A stretch of 64,000 nt of DNA from Lama glama. Lineage: Eukaryota. Below, in pieces: positions 38,783 to 51,897 of the stretch (the stretch's first letter is position 1; each line of letters opens with the position of its first letter). The stretch spans positions 33,234,001 through 33,298,000 of the forward strand of contig CM052818.1 in the NCBI GenBank assembly GCA_028534125.1, read 5' to 3'. The notes below the pieces were generated by a model. It worked only from the letters and a program-made list of their open reading frames with translations. It had not been told where the DNA came from and did not search any database. The translations under genes were made by a program, and so were the position numbers.

Positions 38783-39429
38783 ATGCAGATGCATTCTTAA
38801 CTGTATTCCTGCAGATTTTAAAAGTTGACATACCTTCCCTAAGGTGTTTTTAAAAATGCCAATGATTTGGAGAAAGGGGAAATAAATTAATTATCCTACT
38901 GTTAAAAAAAAATGTCATTGCTTTTGACCTCAGACAGCTTCCCCTGTCCTCAAATCTTTCTGGTCTTCCGTGCTAGAGCACAATTTTCTCTCTGGTATGT
39001 GATTCCCATTTCAAATGTCCATGTTGCAACCATACAACAAGTTGTGAGGGAAACACTGAAAAGTATGGTTTTACTGACCAGCATCAGTGACAGTCACTGT
39101 TTATTTGGAGAGGTTTGTGTTTTCTTGGCAGAAGAGTAATGTAAACAAAGTCAGTTTGGTCCCCGTAAGCTAAGTCCTATCCAAGAAAGTCTTGCCTGGA
39201 CAGAGGTCAGCAACCTTCTTAATCTTGAGGACCACCAACGGGACTTCACGGGGAACTCTGGGAGCTGTGACCAGGTGGCTACTGCAGAGACAGGGAGCTG
39301 GCAAAGTGACGCTACTCACACCCTGACACAGCCCCCCCTGCTCTCACCACAAGGTTCCAACATGATCTGTCCCCAGAAAATATCCTCATTCCACCTCTTG
39401 CCTACCTGCCTTCCACTCAACTCCCCAGT

Positions 39430-39780
39430 CACAGTAAGCTCTCCTTGGTGCCTTTGCACATGCTGTTCCTTTTAAGTGGAACATTCTCTCCCATTCTTTG
39501 CGTGGTTAATCCTTACTTATTCCTGGGTCTCAATTTAGATGTCTCCTTCCCCTGACTCTCCAAATCTGGGTTAGGGGTCCTCCAAGGTGCTCCAGAGCAT
39601 CCCCTCCTATCCCCCCATAATGCTTATCAAACTGCACCACAACCCCCACTGGAAGGGCAGCTTCTCAAAGGCAGTGACTCATCTGTTTTCTTCCTGGGTT
39701 TTTTTTCTATTGCCTACAGGACCTGACACCTGGCAGGTGCTTAGCGAATATCTGTTGACTAAGTGAATGAAGCAAAATGA
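39430..39780 (+). mobile_element. L2 3' fragment
   Basis: gcctttgcacatgctgttcc ... acctggcaggtgcttagcgaatatctgttgactaagtgaatgaa. Confidence 0.65.
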
Positions 39781-40624
39781 GGAAGCAGAGGAGGGAAGAG
39801 AAAAGGGGGAAGAGAGAGAGAACTGCTTTGAAGGCTCAGAGCAGAGTGTCCATGGTGATAGTGTCATAAGTTTTAGTGACGTATTCTGCTTCTCCATAGA
39901 AGTTATCATGACATCGCCTTCTCCTCCTTGTAAATTGCAAAGATCACATTTTCTTGAGCAACAAATAAGCAGATGATGAGGTAAGATAACAACAGAAGCA
40001 GCAAAAACACCTTGCATTTTTATGCAACTTTACAGTTTTTAAAAAGTGGATATATGACTCTCATATCAATTCTGGCAGGCAGGCAGGACAGGTTCTATTA
40101 TTATTACTCTCGTTTGACACATGAGGAAACTGGGACTGTATGACACTATTTGTCAGTGTCAAGTCTTTATGTGTGGCAAAGACAGAGCCAGAGACCTGGC
40201 CTTCAGACTTGACCTCTTGTTCAGGGGTGACTGGGGTCCACTCACCACGGTGCAGAAGTCTAGTGCCTTGATTGACACCTGAGGAATAGGGGCTCAAGAG
40301 TGCAGAATTATTAGCCTCTATCTCAAACAAATTAAAATCTAATCAAAATGTAGCTTTATAATGTGCCTAATTTATTCTCCATAGGGACCCTAAACAGAAC
40401 TATTGCTCAAGAACAGTTTCTTGAAAACAAATGCCAATACAACAAAAAACAGAAGCTAGAAACCCAGTCAACAAAGACACACAAATTGTGATTATGTGAG
40501 CTTTTCTACCTGGCTTTGTGTATAGTCTCCTGCCAACATCAGTGGGACACTGAGTTCCTGCTGGAAATATCTCTTTGATTGATGTCATCAGTTAAAGGAA
40601 AATGGTCATATTAAGCAATCAACA

Positions 40625-42515
40625 CTTTTTTTCCCTACAGCTTGAGGAATAAATGACACACAATAAACTGCACATTTTCAAAGTGTACAATGTTAATGAC
40701 TTTCGACATATGTGTAGACTACACCGGAGAAACCATCACTACAACCAAGGTAACAAACATATCCATCATCCCCCAAAGTTTCCTCTTATACTTTATAATC
40801 TCTTCTTCCTGCAACCACATCACTCCTACCCTCAAGGCAACCACTGATCTGCTTTCTGTCACTCTAAATTAGTTTGCATTCTCTAGAATTTTATATAAAT
40901 GAAGTCATACAGTATGTACTCTTCTTTGTCTAGTTTTTCTTTAACTCAGCATGATCATTTTAATATTCATCCATTGTTGTATATTTCAATAGTACATTCA
41001 TTTGTATTGCTGGATAATATTCCACTGTATAGATATAACACCATGTGTTTATTTAATCAACTACTGATGGACATTTGGGATGTTTCCACCTTTTGGCTAT
41101 TCTAAACAAGGCTGCTAGGAAAGTTCATCTACAAATATTTGTGTGAACATATGCTTTCATTTCTTTTGCAAAGTACCTGGGAGTAGAATGAGTGGGTCAT
41201 TCGGCAGGTGTATGCTTAACTTTGTAAGGAACTGCCAAACTGCTTTTCAAAGTAGATATACTATTTTATATTCCCATGGAAGTTCCAGTTCCTGTATATC
41301 CTTGCCAACACTTGGTTTGGTTGGTGTTTTTAATCTTAGCCATTATAGTGGGTGTATAGTGTTATCTCCTTGTGGTTTTAATTTGCATTTCTCAAATTAC
41401 TGTGTATGTGTTCTAATCTTTTTTGCCTGTGTTTTATTGAGCTGTTTGTCTTCTTATTCTTAAATTCCAAGAATTCTTTGAATACTCTAGATGAAAGTTC
41501 TTTGTCAGGTATATGTTCTGAAAATTTTTTTCTTTTCAGTCTATGGGCTTGGCATTTTGTTCTTATAATAGCCTTTAAAGAGCAAATATTTTTATTTTGA
41601 TGAAGTCCAATTTACTAATTTTTTTCTTTTATATTTCATGTTCTTTGTGTATTATACTTAAAAAAAACTTCGCTAAAGCTAAAACCATTAAGACTTTTTT
41701 CCCTATGTCTTCTTCCAAATGTTCTATAATTTTAGCTCTTACATTTAGGTCTATAGCCCATTGTAAGTTAATTCCGTATATGATATGGGGAAAGGATTGA
41801 GGTTCATCTTTTTGCTGATGGCTGTCCAATTGTTCCAGCATCATTTGTTGAAATGATTATCATTTCTCTATTGAATTACCTTAGCACCTTTGTCAAAAAT
41901 TAATTGTCCATATATGTGTGGACCTATTTCTGGACTCAATATTCTGTTGCATTTATCTATTTTTATCTATTTATATCAATACCACACTGCCTTGATTGGT
42001 GTAACATTATAGTCAGTCTTGAAGTCAGGCAGTATAAGTCCTTCCTCCAACTATTCTATGTTAAAAAATTGTTACAGCTATTCTTGGCCCTTTGCATTTA
42101 TGTATATATATTTTAGAGCCAGCTTGTCAATTCTTACCAAAAAGTCTACTGAGATTTTTGGTTGCGATTGCCTTGAATTTATAGATAATTTGGGTAAGAA
42201 CTGATATCTTTTTTTGTTTGTTTGTTTAATGGGGGCGGGGGTGTAATTAGGTTTATTTTTTAAATGGAGGTACTGGCGACTGAACCTAGGACCTCATGCA
42301 TGCTAAGCACCCACTCTACCACTGAGCTATACCCTCCCCCTGAAGAACTGACATCTTAACATTGAGCCTAATGGTCCATGGACAATGTATTCTCCACTTA
42401 TTCAGGTCTTCCTTAATTTTTCTTTTACAATTTTCAGCATAGAGGTTTTCAACCTCTTTTGTCAAATTTATCCTTGAGTACTTCCTATTTTTGATACTAT
42501 CATAAATGGTATTTA
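40625..42515 (-). mobile_element. L1M (L1MB/MC-like) ORF2 3' part plus 3' UTR, interrupted by a SINE
   Basis: caataaactgcacattttcaaagtgtacaa ... ccaattgttccagcatcatttgttgaaa ... ttgtcaaatttatccttgagta, typical reversed L1. Confidence 0.88.
42211..42342 (-). mobile_element. tRNA-derived camelid-type SINE (Vic-1-like) nested in L1
   Basis: Minus head GGGGGAGGGTATAGCTCAGTGGTAGAGTG. 15-bp TSD aagaactgatatctt (42196-42210) / aagaactgacatctt (42343-42357). Confidence 0.9.
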
Positions 42516-44981
42516 ACAAAAACAACCCTTTTTCAAAGTTAAGATGTAAACTTTTAATTCTCTTCTGCCTGTCTCTCATCTCCTGTCCTTCTGTTCAATC
42601 AACGTTTTCTGTGTGACCACCATGTGCCAGGATCTGAAGACTCTGGCCCACGCTGGCCTCTCCCTTCTGCTCTCATTGCCTATAATACCCAATCAGCACA
42701 TTTACTCTAACTGCATCCGACAGCACTGTTCTATATGCTGCTGTGTTCTTTAGTTGTTTCCTGTACACGTCTTATCTGCCCGACTAAATCGCAAGCCCCT
42801 TGGGAGTAAAAACCATAATTTGTACTTAATGATAGATCTGCAATGCTTGGAATACTGATAAGCAAGCAGGAAATAAACCCCTTTTTTAATGAAGGGACTC
42901 ATAAATTCAGCAAACAAAACGTGTCTAAAACTCCAGTCTATCTGTATTCAATACTAACTTATAACTAAGCAGATAAAAACCAAATATAAATATGTGTTTG
43001 TTGTGTTCAGCTGTAGCCTAGAGACTAAGAGGTTCAAGGAACTGTGGATTTCCTTCCTCAGGGAGCTCACAAGGAAGGAAAGCACTACAGAGACCATCCC
43101 ACGACATATTTAGATGCCAGTTCTAAAAGGGCCCCGGGGCCTGTTGCTGGGGGAAGCTTAGTTCCATGATGGCTTCTTTCCACTTTCCATTTCAGTCTCT
43201 GGTGTGTGCAGTTCTGATAAATTAGCATCTGATCAAGTCTGTTTACAAGATACAGGCAATTGTTTATAAGATACAGGCCAAATTCTACCCTTCAATAGCC
43301 AAGAATTATTTTCAGTGATTTCAGGTCCATTATTGGATTCTGGATTCTGGCCCTGCTATTTTTCAGTATAGTTTAAGATCGTAACCAACTTGTTTTCAAG
43401 CCCTTGAACTGTAGGGTCCCTTCCACCCACATGATAAATTAGTTTCAAGCTTATTCACCACAAAGAATACAAGATAGTTTAAGGAAGTCATCAACAGTGT
43501 TTTTTTAAGTGACAAGCCAGATAGTTGGGGCATTATGCCACTGTCCCATAGGTGAATGTGTAGGTGGAATGAAGAAAGTGATATATGCCCAGAAATGATA
43601 GCATGAGAGGCATCAGGAGCAAATATGTGAGGCAGGCACTGTGTTGCAGGTCATACAGTGGCAAACGTCTCAGGATTTACCTAGTCCAGAGAGTAAAACA
43701 TCGAACTTGCAAATAAAATACTGAGGATCTAGCCTATGATTGCAAACTATCATCTTATGCAAGTCTCAACTTTTCTGAGTTTCTCCATGTCAACCATCTC
43801 AATCCACATTACAGGCTGGAGATAACAGGGACCGTGTGGGTGAATGTCTGCGACAGTCATATGCAACAATGCATTTAACAGATGGCTGCTTAACCCAGAC
43901 TCACTACAGAGAGCGCTGGGGTATCCCAGCCAGTATTCTCTTAAAAACAAAACCAGGAATAATCAGTAAGAGACAGATGTATTTGGGGAAAAAGAATCAA
44001 TGTCATTATAGCACAATTAATTAAGAAATATTGGTTCAAAATCCACTGGGTTTCATTATAAAATGTGCTGATATTTACGGACCATATGACATGAACGATC
44101 AATAGTGGATTTGCACTTTATTTCTGATACCAAGCAACCCTCAGGTTCAAACCCAAAGAATTCATTTGTATCTACTGCCTAGGCTGCAGGTGGGATAGGT
44201 AGGGGGATGTACGTCCTTTCAAATGACAAAAGTAGTAATGAGGCATCTTTAAAAAGTCATCTCAATGGTCCTGTTATAGAAGAACAGTAATAACTATCTT
44301 GTGTGTATATATGTTCCATTTCTGTTGGTAAAAGCCAGAGGCCATTATCAAGAACTTTTTTTAGATTTCAGATAGACAGATAGATAGGATAGATAAAACT
44401 TTACACTAAAAGACTCCAAGTGCAAAGAATCCCATGAACTGTTCCTATCACTCTGCTTTGTCTTTAAAGCACTGTGGAACAGAACTGTAGGTGAAAAGGC
44501 GCCTGTAATTCCTCCTCTGCTTATTCAAGTGAGAGCTTACAGGTGAAGAATTGACTCATTCAACAAATATCTGCCAGGCCCTGGGGAAGCCACAGCAGTG
44601 CTACACAAAACACACATGCCTCCTACCTGCAAGACACTCAGTCAATGGCCATTCTCTTCAGGTCTCTAGGAGCCCAGTATCTTGCTCCTGCCACTTGCCT
44701 AGGCAAGACCTGGGCTGAGTCGCAGAGGCACCCAGGAGAGAGAAGTAAGTGCACCTGACCGGAAAAATCCCACTACCAGCGTTCATGTACCATAGAGCCA
44801 GAGACACACACCATCAAGACCTATTTTTCCATTAGTAAAAATGTTGAATTCCGTGTGATCCACAATGTTACAATAAATAGTACAGATTAATGGGCTAGGC
44901 TACACCCCTTCCTCACAACTGTTCAATTTGACTTGCCTCTCCTCTTTTCTCCTCCTGTCTTTTCTTCTAGAATCCACTTCT

Positions 44982-45143
44982 CCAGAGAACTATAGGCAAT
45001 ACCTTGTAATAGCCTATAATGCGAAAGAATATGAAAAGGAGTCCATCTCACATGTACAACTGAATCAGTGTGTTGTAAACCAGCAACGAACACAACATTG
45101 TAAACCCACTATACTTCAATTAAAAAAAAATTTTTAAAACCCC
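44982..45143 (+). mobile_element. Short 5'-truncated young L1 3' end
   Basis: aacacaacattgtaaacccactatacttcaattaaaaaaaaa L1 3' end. Perfect 13-bp TSD agaatccacttct (44969-44981 / 45144-45156). Confidence 0.85.
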
Positions 45144-46610
45144 AGAATCCACTTCTTACCTCTCTTTTGATGGTAATGTCCTCTAAAATGTCCCCTCAAA
45201 GATAAGAATTCTTACCACACATTTCTGAATTTGTTTCAGAAACAACCCAGTGTGGGGAGAGGGGCTGGGACAGGGAAGAGAGTAGAGCACAAGACTGAAC
45301 GTGGGTAAAAGAAGGGGGAGATGGGTACCTGAGGTTCGCTGTAGTACTCAACTTCAGTGTATTTTTGAAATTGCCCATAAAAATGTTTAAAAAAGAAAAA
45401 AAAAAAAAACTTACCACATCAACATTTTGCCCTGAAACGTGGTGGCAGGCTAAGGTGGGAATTAACTATGGATTTGCAGACCTGACAGAAATGCATTTAT
45501 TTGCATTCATGAGTCACCCTTTCATAAAATAAGGAAGCCCAGCCTTCAGCTCTTTCTTTCACTTTTCTTTACCATTTCCCACACTAAATCCCACTTTGGG
45601 GTATGCATCAGCTTCTAAAGAAAGAAACCAATGATATTCCACATAAGACCAATTCTTTCAGAAAGTACTTTAAACTAACTTATATAAAAAAGTTGTATTT
45701 AAAAGAACCAAAAAAATACTTCATTATTTAAGATAAATATTGAAAATAAAGGAAAGGTGGTGATCCAGGTAATCGGCTTTACTTTCTAGGCAGTTTGTCT
45801 CCCTCTTCTTCAGGAGTAACTGGAAAGACCTCACGCACTGACCCCTGCCCTGCGGAAGGCTTGTGTGCCAAGATGCGCTCAGACAAGAGTCTCAGGCAGA
45901 AGACTGGAACTTGAGACCTAATATATTTTCAATATAACTACAGTTTAATATTACCAGAGTCCACGCCAGTTCCCAAACTGTGCCCAGTGATGTTCCTGGC
46001 AGGTGTGCATTCTGGATCATCTGTGAAGCTATTTTAAATTGCTTGACATGTAACCACGACAGATTTTAAAGATCAAAACACAGGTGTGTATCAGTGTTGC
46101 ACAATTCTTCAGTAAAGGCAGAACATGAGATCACTGTACCTGGAAACAGACCCAAACACAAACACCCACCTGGGCTTCAGGTGTATGGCTCTGTCTGCAG
46201 GCAGATGAATTTACCTCTGGAGTTCTGTCCTAATATAATTATGTTCTGAGAAGGAATGAGGTTTTGATACATTAATATTACTCTAAGCTGGGTGGGTCTT
46301 TTCAGCTGAAAGGCATCTTCTACACCTGCCTTTATGTTCTTTTTAACATATTCAAAGACCCATTTCTCAACATAAATGGGTTACAGTCACTGATGATTTA
46401 AATAACTTATTTATTCTTTTCAGCCTCATATAATGTGATAGAGAAGCACAGAAGTTTCAGGACAGTAGAGGCGTAAATCTTTTCCATTTCATTATGAACC
46501 ATGGAAGATAATTATCTAGATAAAGGCTTAAGAAAATACGTGACTTAATTAAAGCCATCTCAGAAAGTAGTGTACGCACTTCATCCAGTGATGTCCCTAA
46601 TATTAAGTAT

Positions 46611-46674
46611 CTCCTATACGTATTGTTTCATGAAGTGTAAAACTCCTATATATATTGTTTCATGAAATGTAAAA
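46611..46674. repeat. 32-bp tandem duplication
   Basis: ctcctatacgtattgtttcatgaagtgtaaaa / ctcctatatatattgtttcatgaaatgtaaaa (3 mismatches). Confidence 0.9.
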
Positions 46675-47667
46675 CTACTGGGAGAGAGAGAGACAGCGAG
46701 AGAAAACCGAGTAGAAGGCAGTGCAGATAATCTTCTCAAGTCACAGCCCTGGATCTTCGGTTAAGGTCCACAGTAAGCCTGAGATTTATTTCATTTACAA
46801 AAGAAAGCTAATAATAGTAAAGGAGTTGCTGACCCAACTGAGCAAGTGTACACTTATCTCCTGTGCCCAAATGCAAACTTTATTGCTCAACAGACTAGGA
46901 GTTAAGTTTTGTGTCAATAAAAGCACGAAGGAAAGAGTTATGTGTGTGTATCTTCATGAGCAAAGAACTACATTGTGGCTCCCTGATATTAAGATTTCCC
47001 AGGAAAATAAATCCTTTCTTTAAAAAAAACTATGAAAAAGAAAAACACACACACAAACATAAACAACAGGAGATGCATTTTATACACCACCAACATTTGG
47101 TTAACAGATGCTGGCGTCTGCCCTCAGCTCTCATAAACAAATCAGTGCACTTCACTTTCGTGTAGCATCTTCTATCCAAAAGTAACATGGAAAGCTGTGT
47201 GGCTGGTTTGACAGTGTGTCTGCATTATTGGTGTAAGAATTATAATGGAGTGAACACCCATCAGGATTGTTTAGATGCTGTCTGAACCTGTGATTGGCTC
47301 CATGAGAAGGTGGCTGCTGGGCTGGAAATTCCCAGTCTTTTCTAAAGTTGACCCAGGCACCATAATTTGTCACACTGTGTCCCTACTGCTTGCTTACTTC
47401 ATGCCTCATTATTATATGACCTTCACTTACATTGAGGGGAGAAGTAGATTTTTGTAAATTTTCCTGATTCAAAGGGAAACGTTTTGGATTAAAGGGACCC
47501 ATAGATGATAAATGTTAAAAAAAAAAAACTCACTTTGGATCCAAAAGAATCAGGGTCTAGTCCTTAATTTATTACTGACCATCTCCACAACCCCAAGGCA
47601 GTCAGGTAATGCCTCTGGCTTTCGGTGTTCCAACCCGCAAAGTAAATTGTGCAGTTGGACTAGATAT

Positions 47668-48010
47668 GCATTTCCCAAACTTTTTGGGCATAAGGGACAT
47701 TCTAACACATCAAGACCTCTTTCAGACTAATCAAATGGCAACAGTTATACTTCAAGAATCTATGCAATTAGAAAATAAATAATGATAAAAAGATACTTTC
47801 GATGCAGTGATGCTGAAAATAAAATTCCAATTTATTAATCATAGAGGCTGCATTCATTTTTAAAGGAATGGTATACAGATGTTAGACATTATTTATTTAG
47901 TCTGCAAACAACAGTTGGTGTACATATGAATTTGCACAGTCTTTGCAATTAACTCCATAACAGATCTTCCGACCCCAACTCGGTCTTCTGTTTAAAGGCT
48001 GGGGACCCTG
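47668..48010. mobile_element. Possible hAT-Charlie relic
   Basis: Ends resemble Charlie TIRs (gcatttcccaaactt ... ggctggggaccctg); family not determined. Confidence 0.35.
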
Positions 48011-48184
48011 AACTACAATACAGATGCTCCAAAATCCTTTCTGACACTGACCTTCCGCAATTTTAGTTTCTTTAGGTGGTAATAAGGATCTCACATATTG
48101 GTGACAATTCTTTGGACGTACACACCTAATTCTGCCCGCTCAACCAGTCAACCAACCAACCAACTGACCGACCAAGACCCATGA

Positions 48185-48755
48185 ACAGATAATTACACAA
48201 ATAGCCCAAATAAAAAAAAATGGGCCAAAAACCTTAAGAGACCCGTCATCACAGAAGCTATGCAGATGGAAAATAAGCATATGAAAAGATGCTCCACATC
48301 ACATGCCACCAGGGAAAGAGACACCATTACACATCTACTAGAACACCCCAAATCTAGAATACCAACAACATCAAATGCTGGTGAGGATGTGGAGCAATGG
48401 GTAGGAATGCAAAATGGTACAGCCACCTTGGGAGAGAGTTTGGCAGTTTCTTACAAAACTAAACATACTATTACCATACAATCCAGCAACTGTGTTTCTT
48501 AGTATTTACTGTAAAGAGTTAAAGATTTATGTCCACACAAAAACCTGCACATGGGTGTTTACAGCTGCTTTATTTATAATTGCTAAAACTTGGAAGCAAC
48601 CAAGATGTCCTTCAGTAGGTGAGTGGAAAATAAACTGTAGTACATCCAGACAGTGCTGGAATATTATTATTATTGCAATATTATTCAGTGCTAAGAAGAA
48701 ATGATCTACCATGCCATAAAAAGACATGCAGCAACCTTAAATGCATGTTACTAAT
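48185..48755 (+). mobile_element. L1M fragment (ORF2 C-terminus / 3' UTR start)
   Basis: aataagcatatgaaaagatgctccacatc ... ccacacaaaaacctgcacatgggtgttt ... tggaagcaaccaagatgtccttcagtaggtgagtgg. Confidence 0.88.
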
Positions 48756-49307
48756 TGAACAGATAATTACTATCAATGGTCAGAAAGAGAACCCAATGCC
48801 ATGCATTATGCCTTTGTCCTCAGACTATAAAACACACAGAGCTTACTCCAAATCATACAAATACCCTTAAAAAGTAAAATCAAAAGAAAACTAACATCTT
48901 CTAAGACAATCATCCCATGAACTATCTTGAGTAAAACATTTAACGATATTTATCATCAAAAAGTTATTACTTATACACAACTTAAATCTCTCCTGCTGCA
49001 AATCTGCCTCCTTTTCTGTAACTGATCTCTGTTGATTCTCAATCATCCGTAATTTTTTATGTAATTCTCCTCATATAAGTGAACTAAATATAAGGCACAG
49101 AACTTAAAATAAAGTCTTGAATTTAGGATTTCTCTTGGTTGAATCAGGCCAGCCCAATTTAATAGTAAAGTGTAATGTTAGATACTGGCTCTGTCACACA
49201 GTGTGGCTATGTAATCAAAAGGGACTCCTGGAATAAAAGAAAGTCCCACAGTCTAAGAAAGAAAGAATAAGGAAAACTCTTGGCATAGAGACAAGCGCTA
49301 GGATGTA

Positions 49308-49502
49308 CCAAGGGTACAAATTATGGTCTATAGGCCAAATTCAGCCTGTTTTTGTAAAGTTTCATTGGACACAGTCTTGTTACTTATTTTATATATTGTC
49401 TATGGTTGCTTTTGTGCTACATTGGCAGAGTTGAACTGTTGGCCCACAAACCATAAACTCTTTACTCTATGGTCTTTTCCAGAAAAAGTTTGCTGATCCC
49501 TG
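49308..49502. mobile_element. MER58A-like hAT-Charlie element
   Basis: ggccaaattcagcctgtttttgtaaag ... agaaaaagtttgctgatccctg. Confidence 0.75.
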
Positions 49503-49579
49503 ACTTAGACCTTCACCTTTGCCTTGGGCTGGTTGACCTGGAGCGCCAGGGCTCAGATTCAGTCTTCCCTCCTCCACCT

Positions 49580-50575
49580 TACACTTGCTGGTTATATGAG
49601 CTCATCGAGCCTCAAGACTTCAAATGCCACCTCTATACCAGAACTCTCAAATACATATCTCCAGACCAGACCTCTCCCCTGAGCTTCAGATTCACATGTC
49701 CAACTGTCGAATTGACACATGAGATGTAATAGCCATCTCAAGCTTAATGCATCCAAAACATAACTCCAATCTTCCCTCACAAACCAGCTTTACCCACAGT
49801 GTTTTTGATTTCAGTAAAGGGCAATCCCATTCTTCTAGTTGAACCAACAAAAACCAACCAATCAAAGACTCTGGGATTACCATAATTCCACTCTCACTTC
49901 CCATGCAGTCCATCAGCAAATCCTCAGCTGCCTCAATGTATTCAGAAACCTGCCACTCATCATCACTTCTGCTGCTACTACTCTGTTCACCTGGATTCTT
50001 GCAGGAGCCTCTTAATTGGTCTCCTGGCTTCTACTCTTGTCCCTTTCATCTGTTTGCGTGACAGCAGTCAGAGTGATCTTTATAAAGGGATAGCCAGATC
50101 ACATCATTCATTTTCCCCACTGCCGGCTCCCCACCTGCTAAGCCCTACCCTGTGCTCCAGCCCCACTGGGATCCTTGCTGATCCTCGATCACTCTCAGTA
50201 ACTCCCACCTCAGGATTTGTGCTTGCCGATTCTCCTCCCCACAGCACTCCTCCTCCAGGGCTACGCATGGCTTACTCTTGTATTTCTTTCTGCCCAAATG
50301 TCACTCTCTCAGGTAGGCTTTTCCTCGACCACCCTATCCAAAAGAGCAACTCCATCTCTCGCCCCTACCTCTACCCACACACCCTGTCCCTTGTCCCTGC
50401 TTTTTTGGCATAATTGTCAAGTATTTTATTGTCTGTCTCCAGTAGTTACAGCGTAATTTCCATGAGGACAGGAACTGCTATCTGTTCTGCTCAGTGCTGT
50501 ATCCCCAGGTGCCTGGAACGGGGCCTGGTACACAGTAAGCGCCTAATAAATATTTGTTTAACGAGTGAATGAATG
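49580..50575 (+). mobile_element. L2 LINE 3' portion
   Basis: ctccagaccagacctctcccctgagcttcaga ... cctggtacacagtaagcgcctaataaatatttgtttaacgagtgaatgaatg. Confidence 0.85.
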
Positions 50576-51534
50576 GGTGGATAGGCCATCCCAAGGGTTT
50601 ACAGCAGAGTCCTGTGGAAGACCACATTTCTGATCTTATTAGGAAGATTATTGGGAAAATGCAAACTCCTGAGTGAAAGGCGCTTCTCCAACTGGCTGGA
50701 AAGTACCATTCTACTCTAAAGCAAGGGGTCCTGTCCCTTAATAACTTGTTTGTTTTTCACTCAAATACCTGTATACTAAAGGACTTTAGGGTTAACATTT
50801 ATTTTTCTCTTCATCTCCCTAATTCTCCTAAACTTGGTAAATCCTATTTCTCAATCTTGTCTTCATTTTTCATTTTCTTCTGGACTATATCCAAGGCTTG
50901 CAAACCCAAAGGTCATGTATCAACCTGTACCACAGAATGCTTTAAGCTGCCAGAAATTTTCACTGGCAATACAGAGCTGTCGTTGATTTCTTGGCAGTAC
51001 ACTGTCAAATGATGCAGTGATAAATCAAACAGAAACGACAACATCACGTTAATCCAACAACTAGACTCGACTGAGTTAAAAATCTAAAAACAGCAAGGAA
51101 AGATCAGGGACGCTGTGATCCCGGCATGAAGGCAGCAGGCACGCATTAAAGCCATACTCTGTGTGATCGTGTGATCCAAAGCCTCGTCCGTCCCCCACCC
51201 TGGCTCTCTCCGCCAGCGCTGCACTCCACTGCCTGAGAGCCACACCACCGGAGCTGTGTTGGGTCCCTGTAGCTGTTTTTAATGACTTCAAGTACACCCT
51301 CCTGGTATTCTGAACCCTAGGACATCCCCTCCTCATCCCTTCCTGGGGTCTGTGTGGATCTGAGAGATCTGGGAGCCTACCTGGTCCTTACCTAAAGTCT
51401 TACGAGGCCCAGGGTGTTCACATCAAAACGGGGAAAGTAAATAGGGTCACTTATTTATCATTAGTCAGTTTTTGCTCAGTTAGGGTCTTGTCAAAAGTAT
51501 ATGGTAACCTGTCCCCACACAAGGCTAACTCAAG

Positions 51535-51897
51535 CAAGGACTGAATGTTTGTGCCCTCCTCAAATTCACATGTTGAAGTTCTAACTCTCAGTGTGATGGG
51601 ATTTGGAGATGGGGCCTTTGGGAGGTAATCAGGTGAGATGAATTCATGAGGGGAAGGCGCTGGTCCAACAGGATTAGTGCCCTTTTAAGAGGAGACCCAG
51701 AAAGCTTGCTCTCTGCCACGTGAGGAAGACAGTGAGAAGGCAGTTGCCTGCCAGCCAGGAGCAGAGCCCTCACCAGGAACTGGCCAGACTGGCACATTGA
51801 ACTTGGACTTCCAGCCTCTAGAACTGTGAGAAATAAAATTCTGTTGTTTAAGTCACCCAGTCTACGGTATGTTGTCATGGAAGCCTTGGCTAATACA
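51535..51897 (+). mobile_element. MaLR solo LTR (MLT1A-like)
   Basis: ggactgaatgtttgtgccctcctcaaattcacatgttgaa ... ttggacttccagcctctagaactgtgagaaataaaattctgttgtttaagtcacccagtct ... ctaataca. Confidence 0.85.

Noticed and set aside
40653..42579. Cluster of overlapping ORFs
   Set aside because: All fall within a degraded L1 and its nested SINE.
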